This document shows positions 22,392 to 32,938 of a DNA stretch of 64,000 bases, one piece after another. The translations under genes and the position numbers were made by a program. The number at the start of each line of letters is the position of its first letter. Within the stretch, counting starts at the first letter, position 1. Location of the stretch: the NCBI GenBank assembly GCA_965203295.1, contig CBDBCZ010000019.1, positions 1,376,001 through 1,440,000 on the forward strand, read 5' to 3'. The notes under the pieces are model-generated. The model did no database searches and had not been told where the DNA came from. It saw only the letters and a program-made list of their open reading frames with translations. The DNA comes from Nitrospirales bacterium. GTDB lineage: Bacteria > Nitrospirota > Nitrospiria > Nitrospirales > UBA8639.

Positions 22392-23828
22392 TTAATATTC
22401 TGGGATGGTAATATCAAGTTCTGTCACACTTTCATATCGAGCTAACGCGGTCTTCGTTCCTTCCCTTGGGCCGACAATCAGGATTGTAAATCGTTGAGGT
22501 TGTAAATGTTTGCCAACGGCTTCCCTGACTTGATCAACCGTGACCTGTTTAATCCCGTTCCGAAAGCGTTCGAGCCAGTCAGAGGGATACCCATAATATT
22601 CATACGTGATGTATTTTCCTAGGACCTTTCTAGGAGAGTCTATCGAAAAAACAAATGAATTCAGAATGCTGGTTTTGGCGTCGTTCACCTCAGCTTCGGT
22701 TGGCGGGTCTGTCACCATTTTTTGAGCTTCCTCGATTAAGGCATCAATCCCTGGGCCGGTTGTTTCTGTTTTTGTGGACATGGAGAGGCTCGCAGAGCCA
22801 GGATGATCCCATCCAAAGCCAACCCCGCCATGCACATCATAAGCAAGGCCTTTTTGGGATCGTACATTAGAAAACAGGCGTGCCCCAAAAGACCCAGAGA
22901 GAATTTGGTTTGCAATCACGATCGGATAGTAATCGGGGTGGTCCCGTTTGAGACCGAGGTGCCCCATGATGATCTTGGCTTGAGTCATGTCATTTTTTTC
23001 AACATAAAACACACGGGGTGAGGGGGTGGTTTGAAAGGGGGTTGCTGGATCGTCTTGTTCTGCAGCTGGGTTCCAATCACCAAAGACTTGTGTGACCAAC
23101 GCAACAGCCTCTTCGGTAAGAAAATCTCCGACCAATCCCAAAATAATACGATTAGGACGGAAATATTTTTGGTGCCAGCCCAACAGATCCGCCCTCGTGA
23201 TCGATTGAATCGTGGTATAGGTCGAGGTCCATGCATAGGGCGAATCTTTTCCATAAATCAACTTCGTAAACTCGCGGGAGACAATGCCGTCTGGATTGTC
23301 ATTCTGCCTGGCAATGTTGGCCATGACCTGATTTTTAGCGATGGCTAATTTTTTTGGATCAAAGGCTGGATGGCGAACGACATCGCCAAAGACTTTCAAG
23401 ACTTCAGGGAAATCTTCTTTGAGGGAACTCATTGAAGCGGTACCGGAATTTTTCCCAATTCCCGTCTCGATGGACGCTGCTTTGCCTTCAAGGTAGTCGT
23501 CAAGGGCATCTCCAGAGCGTGATTTGGTGCCCCCACTTCGCATTACCGTTCCTGTCAGATCGGCTAGGCCAATTTTCTCGACAGGCTCTAGGCGCGATCC
23601 GGTCCGAATGGTGGCGGATACTCTGACCAAAGGAAGTTCGTGATCTTCCATCAATAGGACAACCATCCCATTGTCAAGCATGATCCTGATGGGTTTTGGA
23701 ATTTGAATTTCAGGAAGGGGAGGATAGGTTAAATCCTCAACGCGTTCTACCTGGGCCCCAAGAGGCCAGGAGGGAAGAAACATGAAGATTGCGATGAACA
23801 CAACTAGACGATTCACATACCAATGCAT
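22392..23828 (-). CDS. M16 (pitrilysin-family) peptidase, non-catalytic subunit, exported
   Basis: LDNGMVVLL, RLFSNVRSQKGLAY; no HxxEH; signal peptide. Confidence 0.9.
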   Translation of the reverse strand: MHWYVNRLVVFIAIFMFLPSWPLGAQVERVEDLTYPPLPEIQIPKPIRIMLDNGMVVLLMEDHELPLVRVSATIRTGSRLEPVEKIGLADLTGTVMRSGGTKSRSGDALDDYLEGKAASIETGIGKNSGTASMSSLKEDFPEVLKVFGDVVRHPAFDPKKLAIAKNQVMANIARQNDNPDGIVSREFTKLIYGKDSPYAWTSTYTTIQSITRADLLGWHQKYFRPNRIILGLVGDFLTEEAVALVTQVFGDWNPAAEQDDPATPFQTTPSPRVFYVEKNDMTQAKIIMGHLGLKRDHPDYYPIVIANQILSGSFGARLFSNVRSQKGLAYDVHGGVGFGWDHPGSASLSMSTKTETTGPGIDALIEEAQKMVTDPPTEAEVNDAKTSILNSFVFSIDSPRKVLGKYITYEYYGYPSDWLERFRNGIKQVTVDQVREAVGKHLQPQRFTILIVGPREGTKTALARYESVTELDITIPEY

Positions 23829-23852
23829 GGTCTATCTGCTCCTCTCGGTGGA

Positions 23853-25430
23853 TCAGTGTTGGGTTGCCTTGGTTCTGGCCTGCTGATTCTGTAGGGGAGG
23901 CGACTCGGTCTCGATCATGGCCACAATGCGATTGGACGCGACGAATGTGTGATTGGCCACTCGGCGTATATCGGATTTGATCACCTTGTCAAAGCGTTCA
24001 ATGTAACGGAATAGCTCACGCCAATCACCGAAGAGGGTGTGATAATCCGTCAGGCTCATCGCCAGGCCTAAATTGCTACCGAGGGATTGAACGAGGCTGG
24101 CTTTAGCACGGGTTCGGAACTTGGCTAATTCTTCATCTGTCACATCCTCGGTCTGTAAACGATGGAGTTCTTCTCGAATGGCTTTCTGCACCGTTTCATT
24201 TGCCACTCCGCGTGCAGGGACCGCATAGGCCGTCCATAAATGCGGGTATTTCTCGCCTGGATACGCTCCAAAACTTCCTGCGGCGACAGCGATTTTCTTA
24301 TCGCGGACTAACGATCGATAAAATCGAGAGGTCCGACCATTCGTGAGAATATCGTCAATGGCGTCAAAAATCGGTTGATCCTCATGAGTGACCGCAGGTT
24401 TATGGTAGCCCTCAACGTAGAAGGGTTGGGCCGGATCCTTGAGAATAACCGTCTTTTCAGCAGTGGAGGGCGGTTCTGTGGTTCGGAGCGGAGGCGATGG
24501 GTTGCCCGCAGGAATACGACCAAAGTAGGTCTTCAAAAGTGGGATGAGTGTTTCAGCTTTCACGTCTCCCACAATCGCGGTCACCATATTCGAAGGAATG
24601 TAGTAGGTACGATAAAATTTCTCAGCGTCAGTCATCGTGTACGACTGAATGTCACTGGCATACCCGATAACTGGGTGATGGTAAGGATGGGCGATAAATG
24701 CGGTAGAGAGAAATTGTTCCGTGAGTCGACCGACTGGACGACTTTCCGTTCGAAGCCGCCGCTCCTCCATGACCACATCCCGTTCTTCATAGAACTCCCG
24801 AAAAACCGGGTGGAGAAAGCGCTCGGATTCTAAATACGTAAAAAGCTCAACCTTATTAGCGGGAAGAGCATAGAAGTAGCCCGTCACATCAGCTCCCGTG
24901 AAGGCATTAAGGGCAACTCCACCTTCCCGTTCGATAATGTCTCCGAATTCATTTTTTTTGACATATTGAGCAGCAGCCTCTTGTTTGGCTCTAAAGGTTG
25001 CAAAAAGCTCTTTGACCCTTTCAGCATTGGGCTGAGGAGAAAGACGTTCAGCCTGGTACGCTTGATACGAAACTTCAAGTTCTTCTAGAGACTTTTTCTC
25101 AGCTTCATAATTGGTCGTCCCAAGATGAGGGGTACCTTTAAATGCCATATGTTCAAACATATGAGCGAGTCCCGTCACTCCAGTGCCTTCCTGGGCTGAT
25201 CCCACATTCACGCGGGTCATAAAAGCGAAAACAGGAGCAACGGGTCGTTCGACAATAATAAACGTCCAGCCATTTTTAAGCGTATGCGTCGTGACCTGTT
25301 TCTCGAAGGAGGCAAGATCTTGACCTTGAACCTCCGATGGTCCAAACGGAAATAGAAGCAGAAGAAACAATAACGGAGACAAAATACGAAACAACGGAAC
25401 GAATCGTGAAAACATAGACAATGACCTCAT
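23853..25430 (-). CDS. M16 (pitrilysin-family) peptidase, catalytic subunit, exported
   Basis: GLAHMFEHMAFKG inverted zinc motif, LNAFT, ERDVVMEERR; signal peptide; exact start uncertain. Confidence 0.92.
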   Translation of the reverse strand: MRSLSMFSRFVPLFRILSPLLFLLLLFPFGPSEVQGQDLASFEKQVTTHTLKNGWTFIIVERPVAPVFAFMTRVNVGSAQEGTGVTGLAHMFEHMAFKGTPHLGTTNYEAEKKSLEELEVSYQAYQAERLSPQPNAERVKELFATFRAKQEAAAQYVKKNEFGDIIEREGGVALNAFTGADVTGYFYALPANKVELFTYLESERFLHPVFREFYEERDVVMEERRLRTESRPVGRLTEQFLSTAFIAHPYHHPVIGYASDIQSYTMTDAEKFYRTYYIPSNMVTAIVGDVKAETLIPLLKTYFGRIPAGNPSPPLRTTEPPSTAEKTVILKDPAQPFYVEGYHKPAVTHEDQPIFDAIDDILTNGRTSRFYRSLVRDKKIAVAAGSFGAYPGEKYPHLWTAYAVPARGVANETVQKAIREELHRLQTEDVTDEELAKFRTRAKASLVQSLGSNLGLAMSLTDYHTLFGDWRELFRYIERFDKVIKSDIRRVANHTFVASNRIVAMIETESPPLQNQQARTKATQH

Positions 25431-25593
25431 TATATGCAACTAAAATATTTTTCTTCTTAATCTTAACGGGTGGATCATGGTGTTGCAAGGCAGAAAGAAT
25501 TTGCAACAGGTTTTTTCACAGATCTTGGGGATTGAGTAGGATTCTAGATATATTCTCTCTGTGGGATTTGGCATACCATTACTCAAGTTTAAA

Positions 25594-25940
25594 CCTGAAT
25601 CCGGTGTGAACGTTTTAGCACGGGCTGTCGCATGAGCACTCAGAGGCTTCAGAAGAGCCACCTTCCCGATTGCGCCCAAAGCTACCTTTTGGGAAGCTTT
25701 GAGATGCATGCCACCATGCGGGTTCACGGAAGCTGAAGATCACGTTCGGAGCAACGACCCTGACCCCCTACGGGGGCGTGTGCCTTCTGCATCGATTCTT
25801 CAGTCGCCTTCGGTTGAGAAAGCTTCTGACCCAGGAGGTACGCCTTCTCCAGCACAACAACCGCTACACCACAGGGGAGATGCGGCTCACCCTCCTCTCC
25901 CCGATGTTCCTCGGGCTCGAACGGATCGAGTCGAGCGACC
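25594..25940 (+). mobile_element. IS1380-family remnant (left end and transposase 5' fragment)
   Basis: CCTGAATCC end at 25594; frame KITFGATTLTPYGGVCLLHRFF...NNRYTTGEM...PMFLGLERIE resembles IS1380 transposase N-termini; locally GC-rich. Confidence 0.6.
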
Positions 25941-25943
25941 CCA

Positions 25944-26019
25944 GCTTGGAAGCGTTTCTGAACGCGTAGTGAAATACCCGCCTTGTTCTCTCCTCGTGAC
26001 AAGGGGACCGCACGTATGA
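25944..26019 (+). pseudogene. Universal stress protein C-terminal fragment
   Basis: LGSVSERVVKYPPCSLLVTR matches the USP C-terminal motif; no N-terminal part present. Confidence 0.65.
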
Positions 26020-26705
26020 GTTGGCTGCGGTCCCTAGGGGTGATCAGCCTGGGTTTTTTGGTCAATGGCTGCGCAAGCCCGGTTGACAAACTGTGGCCAC
26101 TACCACCGGATGTTCCTGCGCATACCATCATCGTCTCTATAGACACCATTCACGCCATGATTGCGTTTCCTGTTTCACAGTCCCGTCCGGATTCCCGTCA
26201 CCCACCGTTGTATGAGGAATGGGGCTACGCCGAACAAGCTTGGTATCTCGAGCAGAGGATGGGCTTAGGTGGAGTACTCCGAGCACTGTTCTGGGAATCC
26301 TCAGGAGTTGTTGAAGTAGGTCTGCATGAGCAACTTTGGAGCCAGCGAACCCCGCAGCTCCCAGCCGAACAGTTTACTTTTCGCCTCAGCGAGAATAGCT
26401 ATGTGCGCTTACGTCACTACCTTGAAGCATCAAAGGCCGACGGGGCACTGATTCTGAAAGTGGGCGGGAGCGAGTTTTACCGAGCAACCGATTCCTATCA
26501 TGTTTTTCACAACTGTCATCACTATGCCGCTGGGGCACTTCGCGCGGCTGGGCTCCCGATTTCTACCTTTTGGGCCTTGACCCGCGGGATGTTTGCGGCT
26601 CAGCTCCAACGGGCGGAACAAATGGCAGAGTCAGTAGACAGCTCGCAAGCCGGAGATCACGATGGTACCTTCAGGCCTCGCGGCTACAACCGCGCTAACA
26701 GTTGA
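26016..26705 (+). CDS. DUF2459-like lipoprotein
   Basis: LVNGC lipobox, HAMIAFP, EWGYAE, FYRATDSYHVFHNCHHY; ATGA overlap with the USP fragment stop; 3' end may be rearranged. Confidence 0.65.
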   Translation: MSWLRSLGVISLGFLVNGCASPVDKLWPLPPDVPAHTIIVSIDTIHAMIAFPVSQSRPDSRHPPLYEEWGYAEQAWYLEQRMGLGGVLRALFWESSGVVEVGLHEQLWSQRTPQLPAEQFTFRLSENSYVRLRHYLEASKADGALILKVGGSEFYRATDSYHVFHNCHHYAAGALRAAGLPISTFWALTRGMFAAQLQRAEQMAESVDSSQAGDHDGTFRPRGYNRANS

Positions 26706-26939
26706 TATGGTCCGCTTCACAATTTCGCCTTTTTCAATCGCGAAGGCTTTCCCAAATCTCCTTCAAGCTCTGTGTTCAACCTACTGACCGGGAAGGGTAC
26801 ACTTCACGGCAAGAAATTGCCCTTTCATGCCCTCCCACGACCCAGAAATCTGCTGGAGCTTTGCCTCGGCTACGAGCAACCCAACGAGCATATTGCTTGA
26901 CCCGTACCTCAAGGCGCTATTCGTCGCCTGGCGTCCACT

Positions 26940-27237
26940 AAAGAGGGGAAAGATCAACACGGAGGTCTTGGTCAGTCGGCAGCGCCGCCGCAATGCGATT
27001 GAGCCAACCATTGGGCATATGAAAGACGACGGATGGTTGGGCCGGAACTACCTGAAGGGCACCAAAGGCGATCAGGTGAATGCCCTGTTGTGTGGCGTGG
27101 GGCAGAACTTACGAGCCATTCTCAGACACCTGAGAATTTTTTGGCTTCGGTTCCTGGTGGCGACCATCAAACAAATTCTTAGGTCCAATATGATAGGGGC
27201 GAGAGCTTACTAAAAAGGACTTTTTCAGAGACGACTA
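26940..27237 (+). mobile_element. IS5-family remnant (transposase C-terminus and right end)
   Basis: RRNAIEPTIGHMKDDGWLGRNYLKGTKGDQVNALLCGVGQNLR; terminal GGACTTTTTCAGAGACGACTA at 27217-27237. Confidence 0.85.
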
Positions 27238-27485
27238 AGAAGAGTCCTTTGAGTCTGGAGAAATTTGAAGAATTTTTTCGGTTATTGCCTAAACGAGAGG
27301 ATAGTGAACGGAGTTGGACAGTAAGCCGCAAAGATATTGATGAGAAGGGCTATGACCTAAAAGCTGCCAATCTTTATGCAAAAAACGAAGAAGATACACG
27401 AACACAGGAAGAACTCTTGGACTTTATTGAAGCCAAAGGGCGTGAAGTAGCTGAGGCTATTTCTGTACTTCGAAAATCTTACTGA
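27238..27485 (+). pseudogene. hsdM: Type I restriction-modification HsdM C-terminal fragment truncated by IS5
   Basis: KSPLSLEKFEEF...SWTVSRKDIDEKGYDLKAAN...EELLDFIEAKG resembles HsdM C-termini; begins at the IS end. Confidence 0.65.
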
Positions 27486-27639
27486 TGAGAGTTAGGGTTA
27501 GCGTAAGTTTGCGAAAAATGTGCATCTATAAATAGCTAAGAAATCAACCTGACTTGAGACAATATTCATTCCTCGAATTTCAAGAATCTCTAAAGAATTA
27601 TGTAACAGGTCGGGAAAGCCAGAGAGGTAGTTTATATGG

Positions 27640-28311
27640 CTAATCTTCGTCACCGCTAAAGGTCAATAATCCATCCGCGAAACAAACCGCTAAGGCTAAT
27701 GCACATCCTAATCGCCCAATTTCATCCCGTCGGCAATTTCGATGTTCATCAAGACATTGGAATGCTGGTTGTTGATAGTGGGGGGGTACGCCTTTCACAG
27801 AATCAATAAAGGCTTCCACAGGCTCCGATTCACTGTCTGTCGTTTCGGGATGCAGAGGTTTGAAAGGAGTTGGTTGAAGGCCACTTAACGGAGAAGTTTC
27901 AATCATCCCTATCGGGGGAGAGGATTCCATTTTCTTCAATTGGGCTTGGATTATTCTTAAAGCGTTTGACAGAACTTCTTTCTCTGTTTCATCATCAACG
28001 TTCTTTACATGTTGGGTTAGTTCAATAGCTAAAATCTCTAGTCTAACAGTTTTAGTATTTTTCTCATCCGTAATTGCCGAGCTAGAATCCTGAACACTCG
28101 TAGTAAGACCGCGACTATGTAGACGAATTTCAGACGACAAAATAAGTCTATTTTGCTCGCTCATGTGGAATAATAGTTCCCGCGCCGATACCCTCATCTC
28201 CTTTGTAGGGGCATTCTCGCTTAATGTAACAAGAGCTTCGAGTGCCCTATCATCTCCATAAACATAAATTTTAGGTTGGGTACACCCAAGTAAGCTAAGA
28301 GTGACTATCAT
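27640..28311 (-). CDS. Hypothetical lipoprotein with Cys-rich C-terminus
   Basis: 223-aa ORF in AT-rich DNA, LLGC lipobox, four C-terminal Cys. Confidence 0.55.
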   Translation of the reverse strand: MIVTLSLLGCTQPKIYVYGDDRALEALVTLSENAPTKEMRVSARELLFHMSEQNRLILSSEIRLHSRGLTTSVQDSSSAITDEKNTKTVRLEILAIELTQHVKNVDDETEKEVLSNALRIIQAQLKKMESSPPIGMIETSPLSGLQPTPFKPLHPETTDSESEPVEAFIDSVKGVPPHYQQPAFQCLDEHRNCRRDEIGRLGCALALAVCFADGLLTFSGDED

Positions 28312-28915
28312 GCTTGCCCAAAAAAATTAAACAAAATACTACTCACTTTTAGCCATCAATGAGAGGGATAAGTAGTTGTTTAACACATATTGCAGCGCCT
28401 AATAAGACTCAAGGTTAAATGTTGCATATTTAGGTGAGCAGATAGCGCGATTTTTATGGCATGTCAAGTTCAGATTTTTTCACTCTTCTAATCGGGTCCT
28501 GAGTTATTTGGGGTACGATACACTAACTATTCGCGGAGCCAGAGTTTTATTAAGCTGCGAGCCCTGCCCTTGTGTATTGCATGCTGAATCCCTTTTGGTT
28601 TGAAGGATGTAGAATAGGCTAGGAGGGCGGTACGGAAAGATAAGGGGGAGATAGACAACCTCTGGGCTGCAAGGCGAATGGTTCAGATCACCAAATTGGT
28701 GGAGCGTTTGTAGGGATAACTTACCTTGCTTGAGCAGTTTGACAAGTCCGCAAACGCATTTACCTTACTAGCAGCCCATTGAGAATTATTTCTTGCGAGA
28801 TGCAAGGCTAGGCGTCGGGTTCCCTAAAGTGGTCCCTCGCCTGCCGACAAAGCCCCCCCGGGGTTGACTTGGATGGGACGACGACGCGCAAAAAAATATT
28901 CCCACTGAGAACAAT

Positions 28916-28936
28916 ATGTGGGCTAAAATGTGGGGT
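28916..28936. repeat. Short direct repeat resembling integrase arm-type sites
   Basis: ATGTGGGCT and ATGTGGGGT with 12-nt period, separated from the tRNA-Ser 3' end by a very AT-rich spacer. Confidence 0.45.
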
Positions 28937-28992
28937 GATAAATAATAAAAGACTTAAATAATTAATATAATCAATATAATATGAACGTAAAT

Positions 28993-29080
28993 TGGCGGAG
29001 GGGGTGGGATTCGAACCCACGGTCCCGTGAAGGACTCCGGTTTTCAAGACCGGCGCCTTAGACCACTCGACCACCCCTCC
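28993..29080 (-). tRNA. tRNA-Ser(TGA)
   Basis: GGAGGGGTGGTCGAGTGG...CTTGAAA...long variable arm...GTTCGAATCCCACCCCCTCCGCCA. Confidence 0.97.
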
Positions 29081-29189
29081 GTATATGATTTGCCATGCAA
29101 ATGATGGTGATGAATTATAGAAGCGTGGTCCCTTGTACTGAATCTAAGATTTCGGGATACAAGACTTTACACTCGAGACGTTGCACGGT

Positions 29190-29435
29190 TCACTTGTGAA
29201 TGGGTTCCTCAAATTTCCTCCACCCTTTGCGGTTCATACATACTTCAACTTGGGCCTCGGGGCCCATTCCCCCCGTCGCGGACAACTTCTCTGGATCCTC
29301 ACATGCTTCCTTATCTCGGTGATATTGTTCCTGGGATGCTCCGGGCTTCGACCAGATAGTTCGATAATCTTGGCCAGAACAACTCACAAGGAATAGGGCC
29401 AATCCCAGTGCACAGAATAGAATCAAATGTTTCAT
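29190..29435 (-). CDS. Small hypothetical lipoprotein
   Basis: [19 protein letters not shown] signal, WSKPGA...DKEAC...CMNRKGW; ATGA overlap with serS stop; AAGGAG RBS. Confidence 0.75.
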   Translation of the reverse strand: MKHLILFCALGLALFLVSCSGQDYRTIWSKPGASQEQYHRDKEACEDPEKLSATGGMGPEAQVEVCMNRKGWRKFEEPIHK

Positions 29436-30715
29436 GTCTCCTTCCTTTCCGATATGCGTTCTTGTCCTTGGCAATATGGTCTCAGGGCTTCTGGAATCAC
29501 GACCGAACCATCAGCCTGCTGATAATTTTCTATGATTGCTACCAGCGTACGCCCAATGGCCAATCCCGACCCATTTAACGTATGGAGAGGTTCAGGTTTG
29601 CCATCCGTAGGTCGGTAGCGGAGGTTCATGCGTCGAGCTTGAAAGGTCTCGAAATTGCTGCAAGAAGACACCTCACGATAGCATTGCTGCGAAGGGATCC
29701 ATACTTCCAAATCATATGTTTTAGCTACCGAAAAGCCAAGGTCTCCTGTACAGAGTGTTATGACACGGTATGGGAGGTCTAACCGTTGCAACACTGTTTC
29801 AGCAGCTTGTGTGAGGGTTTCAAGTTCTTGATAAGAGTCCGTAGGCTTTGATAGGGCAACGAGTTCTACCTTGTTAAATTGGTGAACTCGAATTAACCCT
29901 CGTGTGTCCTGCCCGTATGACCCGGCTTCTCGACGAAAGCATGGTGTATGAGCGACATAGCGACGTGGAAGAGCATCGGCTGGCAGAATTTCATCGCTAT
30001 GCAAGTTCGTCAGTGGCACTTCCGAAGTAGGAATGAGAAAGTAAGGATCGTCACTTAGGCGAAACAGGTCCGCTTCAAATTTAGGCAATTGTCCGGTTCC
30101 CGTCATTGCTGTTTGATTGACTAAAAAGGGCGGAAGGATTTCTGTATACCCATGTTCGTTGATGTGCAGGTCTAGCATAAAATTTGCCAGAGCACGCTCT
30201 AATCTCGCACCAAGCCAGACCATGACGGAGAAACGCGCGCCAGTTACTTTGCTGGCCCGGTCAAAATCAACAATGCCTAAGGCCTCTCCAATTTCCCAAT
30301 GAGGTTTGGGGGCAAAGTCGAAAGTGGGAGGGGAACCCCAACGCCGAATTTCCACATTGTCGCTGGGCTGAACGCCAATCGGTACAGAAGAATGAGGAAG
30401 ATTAGGAATCCGTAAGGCTTCTTCGTTGAGGCTCTCTTCCAGGGATCGAAGCCGTTCTTCGAGGATTTTTATCTCGTCTCCAAGAGCTTTCATCTGTTGA
30501 ATGGCCTCTTCTGCTGGCTGCTTAGTGCGTTTGAGTTGGGCGACTTGGTCTGAGCCTTTTTTTAGTTGAGATCGGAGGCTTTCAACTTGTTGTAGGACAT
30601 CCAGTCGTTCGTGAAGTAATTTGTGGACATCATCCCACTTCACGTCAATACCGCGAGGACCTAATTGATCTTTTATCATTTCCAATTGGTCCCTGAGGTC
30701 GCGAAGATCGTACAT
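29432..30715 (-). CDS. serS: Serine--tRNA ligase
   Basis: N-terminal coiled coil, [37 protein letters not shown]. Confidence 0.97.
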   Translation of the reverse strand: MYDLRDLRDQLEMIKDQLGPRGIDVKWDDVHKLLHERLDVLQQVESLRSQLKKGSDQVAQLKRTKQPAEEAIQQMKALGDEIKILEERLRSLEESLNEEALRIPNLPHSSVPIGVQPSDNVEIRRWGSPPTFDFAPKPHWEIGEALGIVDFDRASKVTGARFSVMVWLGARLERALANFMLDLHINEHGYTEILPPFLVNQTAMTGTGQLPKFEADLFRLSDDPYFLIPTSEVPLTNLHSDEILPADALPRRYVAHTPCFRREAGSYGQDTRGLIRVHQFNKVELVALSKPTDSYQELETLTQAAETVLQRLDLPYRVITLCTGDLGFSVAKTYDLEVWIPSQQCYREVSSCSNFETFQARRMNLRYRPTDGKPEPLHTLNGSGLAIGRTLVAIIENYQQADGSVVIPEALRPYCQGQERISERKET

Positions 30716-30863
30716 CACAATGCTCCTGAATCGTGTAGAGACGGGTTCGGAATCTAGCACTTGTCCTTTGGCCAGTCAACGAATGAGGAAACATCCTCAA
30801 AACTTGCAGCCTGGTGACGAATCAGTTATTAATCCCTTTAAGTAGATTGAGACGATGCCGTAG

Positions 30864-30992
30864 GTGTTTCCCTATGAGGATGTGTTTATTGGAGGAGTCA
30901 GTCTCCTCATTGTCGGATTGTTGATCATTCGATGGAGGTTTGTTCGAAAGGGTCGATTTGTCAACACATCACTTCCGCAAGAAGAGGAGTAA
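30864..30992 (+). CDS. Putative small single-TM membrane protein (42 aa)
   Basis: (V/M)FPYEDVFIGGVSLLIVGLLIIRWRFVRKGRFVNTSLPQEEE*; hydrophobic stretch then basic residues; in-frame ATG CCG TAG immediately upstream. Confidence 0.45.
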   Translation: MFPYEDVFIGGVSLLIVGLLIIRWRFVRKGRFVNTSLPQEEE

Positions 30993-31096
30993 CCTAAGCT
31001 GGCGATGAATGCGGGTATCGCATTCGTTGATCTTTCTGGTATCGTCCTTTTATAATTTCGCTTCTTTAATATTAATTGTCCATTCTTATGAATCTC

Positions 31097-31831
31097 ATGG
31101 CACGACTTCAACGTTCCGATGGCCGAAGATCTGATGAAATGCGGCCGGTGAACATTACGCAGGCATTTATCAAATATGCGGATGGCTCTGTCTTAATGGC
31201 CATGGGAGATACGAAGGTTATTTGTACAGCATCGGTAGAGGAAAAGGTGCCTCCCTTTTTACGAGATAAGAAGCAGGGGTGGGTGACAGCCGAATACGCC
31301 ATGCTTCCTCGGTCGACCCATGATCGGACACCTCGAGAGGCAACCCGAGGAAAACAAGGGGGGCGCACCATGGAAATTCAACGGCTCGTAGGGCGGGCAC
31401 TCCGTGCTGTGACAGATATGACCCTGTTAGGCGAGAGGACGGTATGGATTGATTGCGATGTCATTCAAGCCGATGGGGGAACCCGCACGGCCTCCGTCAC
31501 GGGCGCATTTATTGCTTTGGCTGATGCGATAAAAGGGCTACGGACCAAAAATCTGATTCAGAAAAATCCCCTGCAGGATTATTTGGCAGCGGTGAGTGTG
31601 GGAAAAGTAGGTGGCCAGGTTTTGGTAGACTTGTGCTATGAAGAAGATTCGCTGGCTGAAGTGGATATGAATCTCGTCATGACCGGCAAAGGCCAGTTGG
31701 TAGAAATTCAGGGAACGGCGGAGAGGGCTCCATTTGATAAAAAAGACTTAGATGAATTTTTTAGCTTCGGGTGGACAGCAACCCAACAGTTGATTCAATT
31801 TCAGAAGGATTTAATCGGCGGCTTGAGGTAG
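31097..31831 (+). CDS. rph: Ribonuclease PH
   Basis: [45 protein letters not shown]. Confidence 0.97.
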   Translation: MARLQRSDGRRSDEMRPVNITQAFIKYADGSVLMAMGDTKVICTASVEEKVPPFLRDKKQGWVTAEYAMLPRSTHDRTPREATRGKQGGRTMEIQRLVGRALRAVTDMTLLGERTVWIDCDVIQADGGTRTASVTGAFIALADAIKGLRTKNLIQKNPLQDYLAAVSVGKVGGQVLVDLCYEEDSLAEVDMNLVMTGKGQLVEIQGTAERAPFDKKDLDEFFSFGWTATQQLIQFQKDLIGGLR

Positions 31832-31835
31832 AATA

Positions 31836-32440
31836 GTGGATGTGGTGTTGGCAACGGCTAATCAGGATAAGCGTCAGGAACTTGTCTCACTGTTAAGCTC
31901 GTTGGGAGTGAGGATTCGTGATTTGAATGAATTTCACGATATTCCTCCTATTATTGAAGACGGGAAAACCTGTGAAGAAAACGCCATCAAAAAAGCTATC
32001 ACGATCGCTAAGCACACCGGTATGGTTGCGTTGGCTGACGATACTGTTTTGGAAGTTCATGCCTTAAACGGAAGGCCGGGTGTGTACGCGGCTCGCTATG
32101 CGGGGGAACATGCCACGTACGAGGACAATTGGCGAAAATTGCTAAAAGAACTGGATGGCGTGCCTGCTCAACAGCGTACGGCGAGGTTTTTGACTACGGT
32201 AGCCATTGCAGATCCGTGTCTGGAGGTTGAAGTGGTTGAAGGGATTTTAGAGGGCAGGATTGCCGAAGATCCATCTGGCGAAGGAGGATTCGGCTATGAC
32301 CCTGTATTTGAAGTTCCCGAATTACGGAAAACACTGGCCGAACTGACCCTTGACGAAAAAAATCAAATCAGTCATCGTTCACAAGCCTTAGCCAAAGCTA
32401 AAGAAGTTCTCGAACGTAAATATATTCTTCAGGAAAACGT

Positions 32441-32450
<10 letters not shown>
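31836..32450 (+). CDS. rdgB: Non-canonical purine NTP pyrophosphatase (RdgB/HAM1)
   Basis: [19 protein letters not shown][V][26 protein letters not shown]. Confidence 0.93.
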
Positions 32451-32517
<67 letters not shown>

Positions 32518-32574
32518 GTTTTTCTCCATCTCTTTCTTCGCTGTCGTGAAGATGATGGTCTTCCATACCTTACC

Positions 32575-32651
32575 GCGCCCGTAGCTCAGTTGGATAGAGC
32601 ATCAGCTTTCTAAGCTGAGGGTCGTAGGTTCGATTCCTACCGGGCGCGCCA
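32575..32651 (+). tRNA. tRNA-Arg(TCT)
   Basis: GCGCCCGTAGCTCAGTTGGATAGAGC...TTTCTAA...GGTTCGATTCCTACCGGGCGCGCCA. Confidence 0.97.
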
Positions 32652-32691
32652 CTCTTTCAAGGGCTTAGCAGGTCGATGCTCTGATCAGCGC

Positions 32692-32720
32692 TTGACTAAG
32701 ATCTGGATTAGATGTATTAT
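32692..32720 (+). promoter_or_regulatory. Putative sigma70 promoter for the small ORF at 32768
   Basis: TTGACT-17 nt-TATTAT. Confidence 0.55.
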
Positions 32721-32767
32721 CATATTACTTTACTACACAATTGCTTTGCGATGGAGGAGTTGGAAAA

Positions 32768-32938
32768 ATGGGAATTTATTACGGATTGATGGAAGAAATT
32801 CAGAAATTGGCTACATGGTTGGATGATGTGGGTGAGTTAGACCGTATGGTTCAGAAGGCTCAAGGCAAGGATAAAAAGGAAAATCAAAAACCTATTGCGG
32901 AGTCTCCTGTTTCAAATCTTCAGCGTGAAGGTAAGTAA
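32768..32938 (+). CDS. Small hypothetical protein (56 aa)
   Basis: GGAGGAG RBS, ATG 32768, promoter-like element upstream; 3' end overlaps the convergent membrane-protein gene. Confidence 0.55.
   Translation: MGIYYGLMEEIQKLATWLDDVGELDRMVQKAQGKDKKENQKPIAESPVSNLQREGK

Noticed and set aside
26650..26940. Possible additional gene fragment between the DUF2459 gene and the IS5 remnant
   Set aside because: No frame gave a recognisable family; left unannotated
28808..29074. 88-aa ORF in the ORF track
   Set aside because: It is a translation of the tRNA-Ser gene and its AT-rich flank
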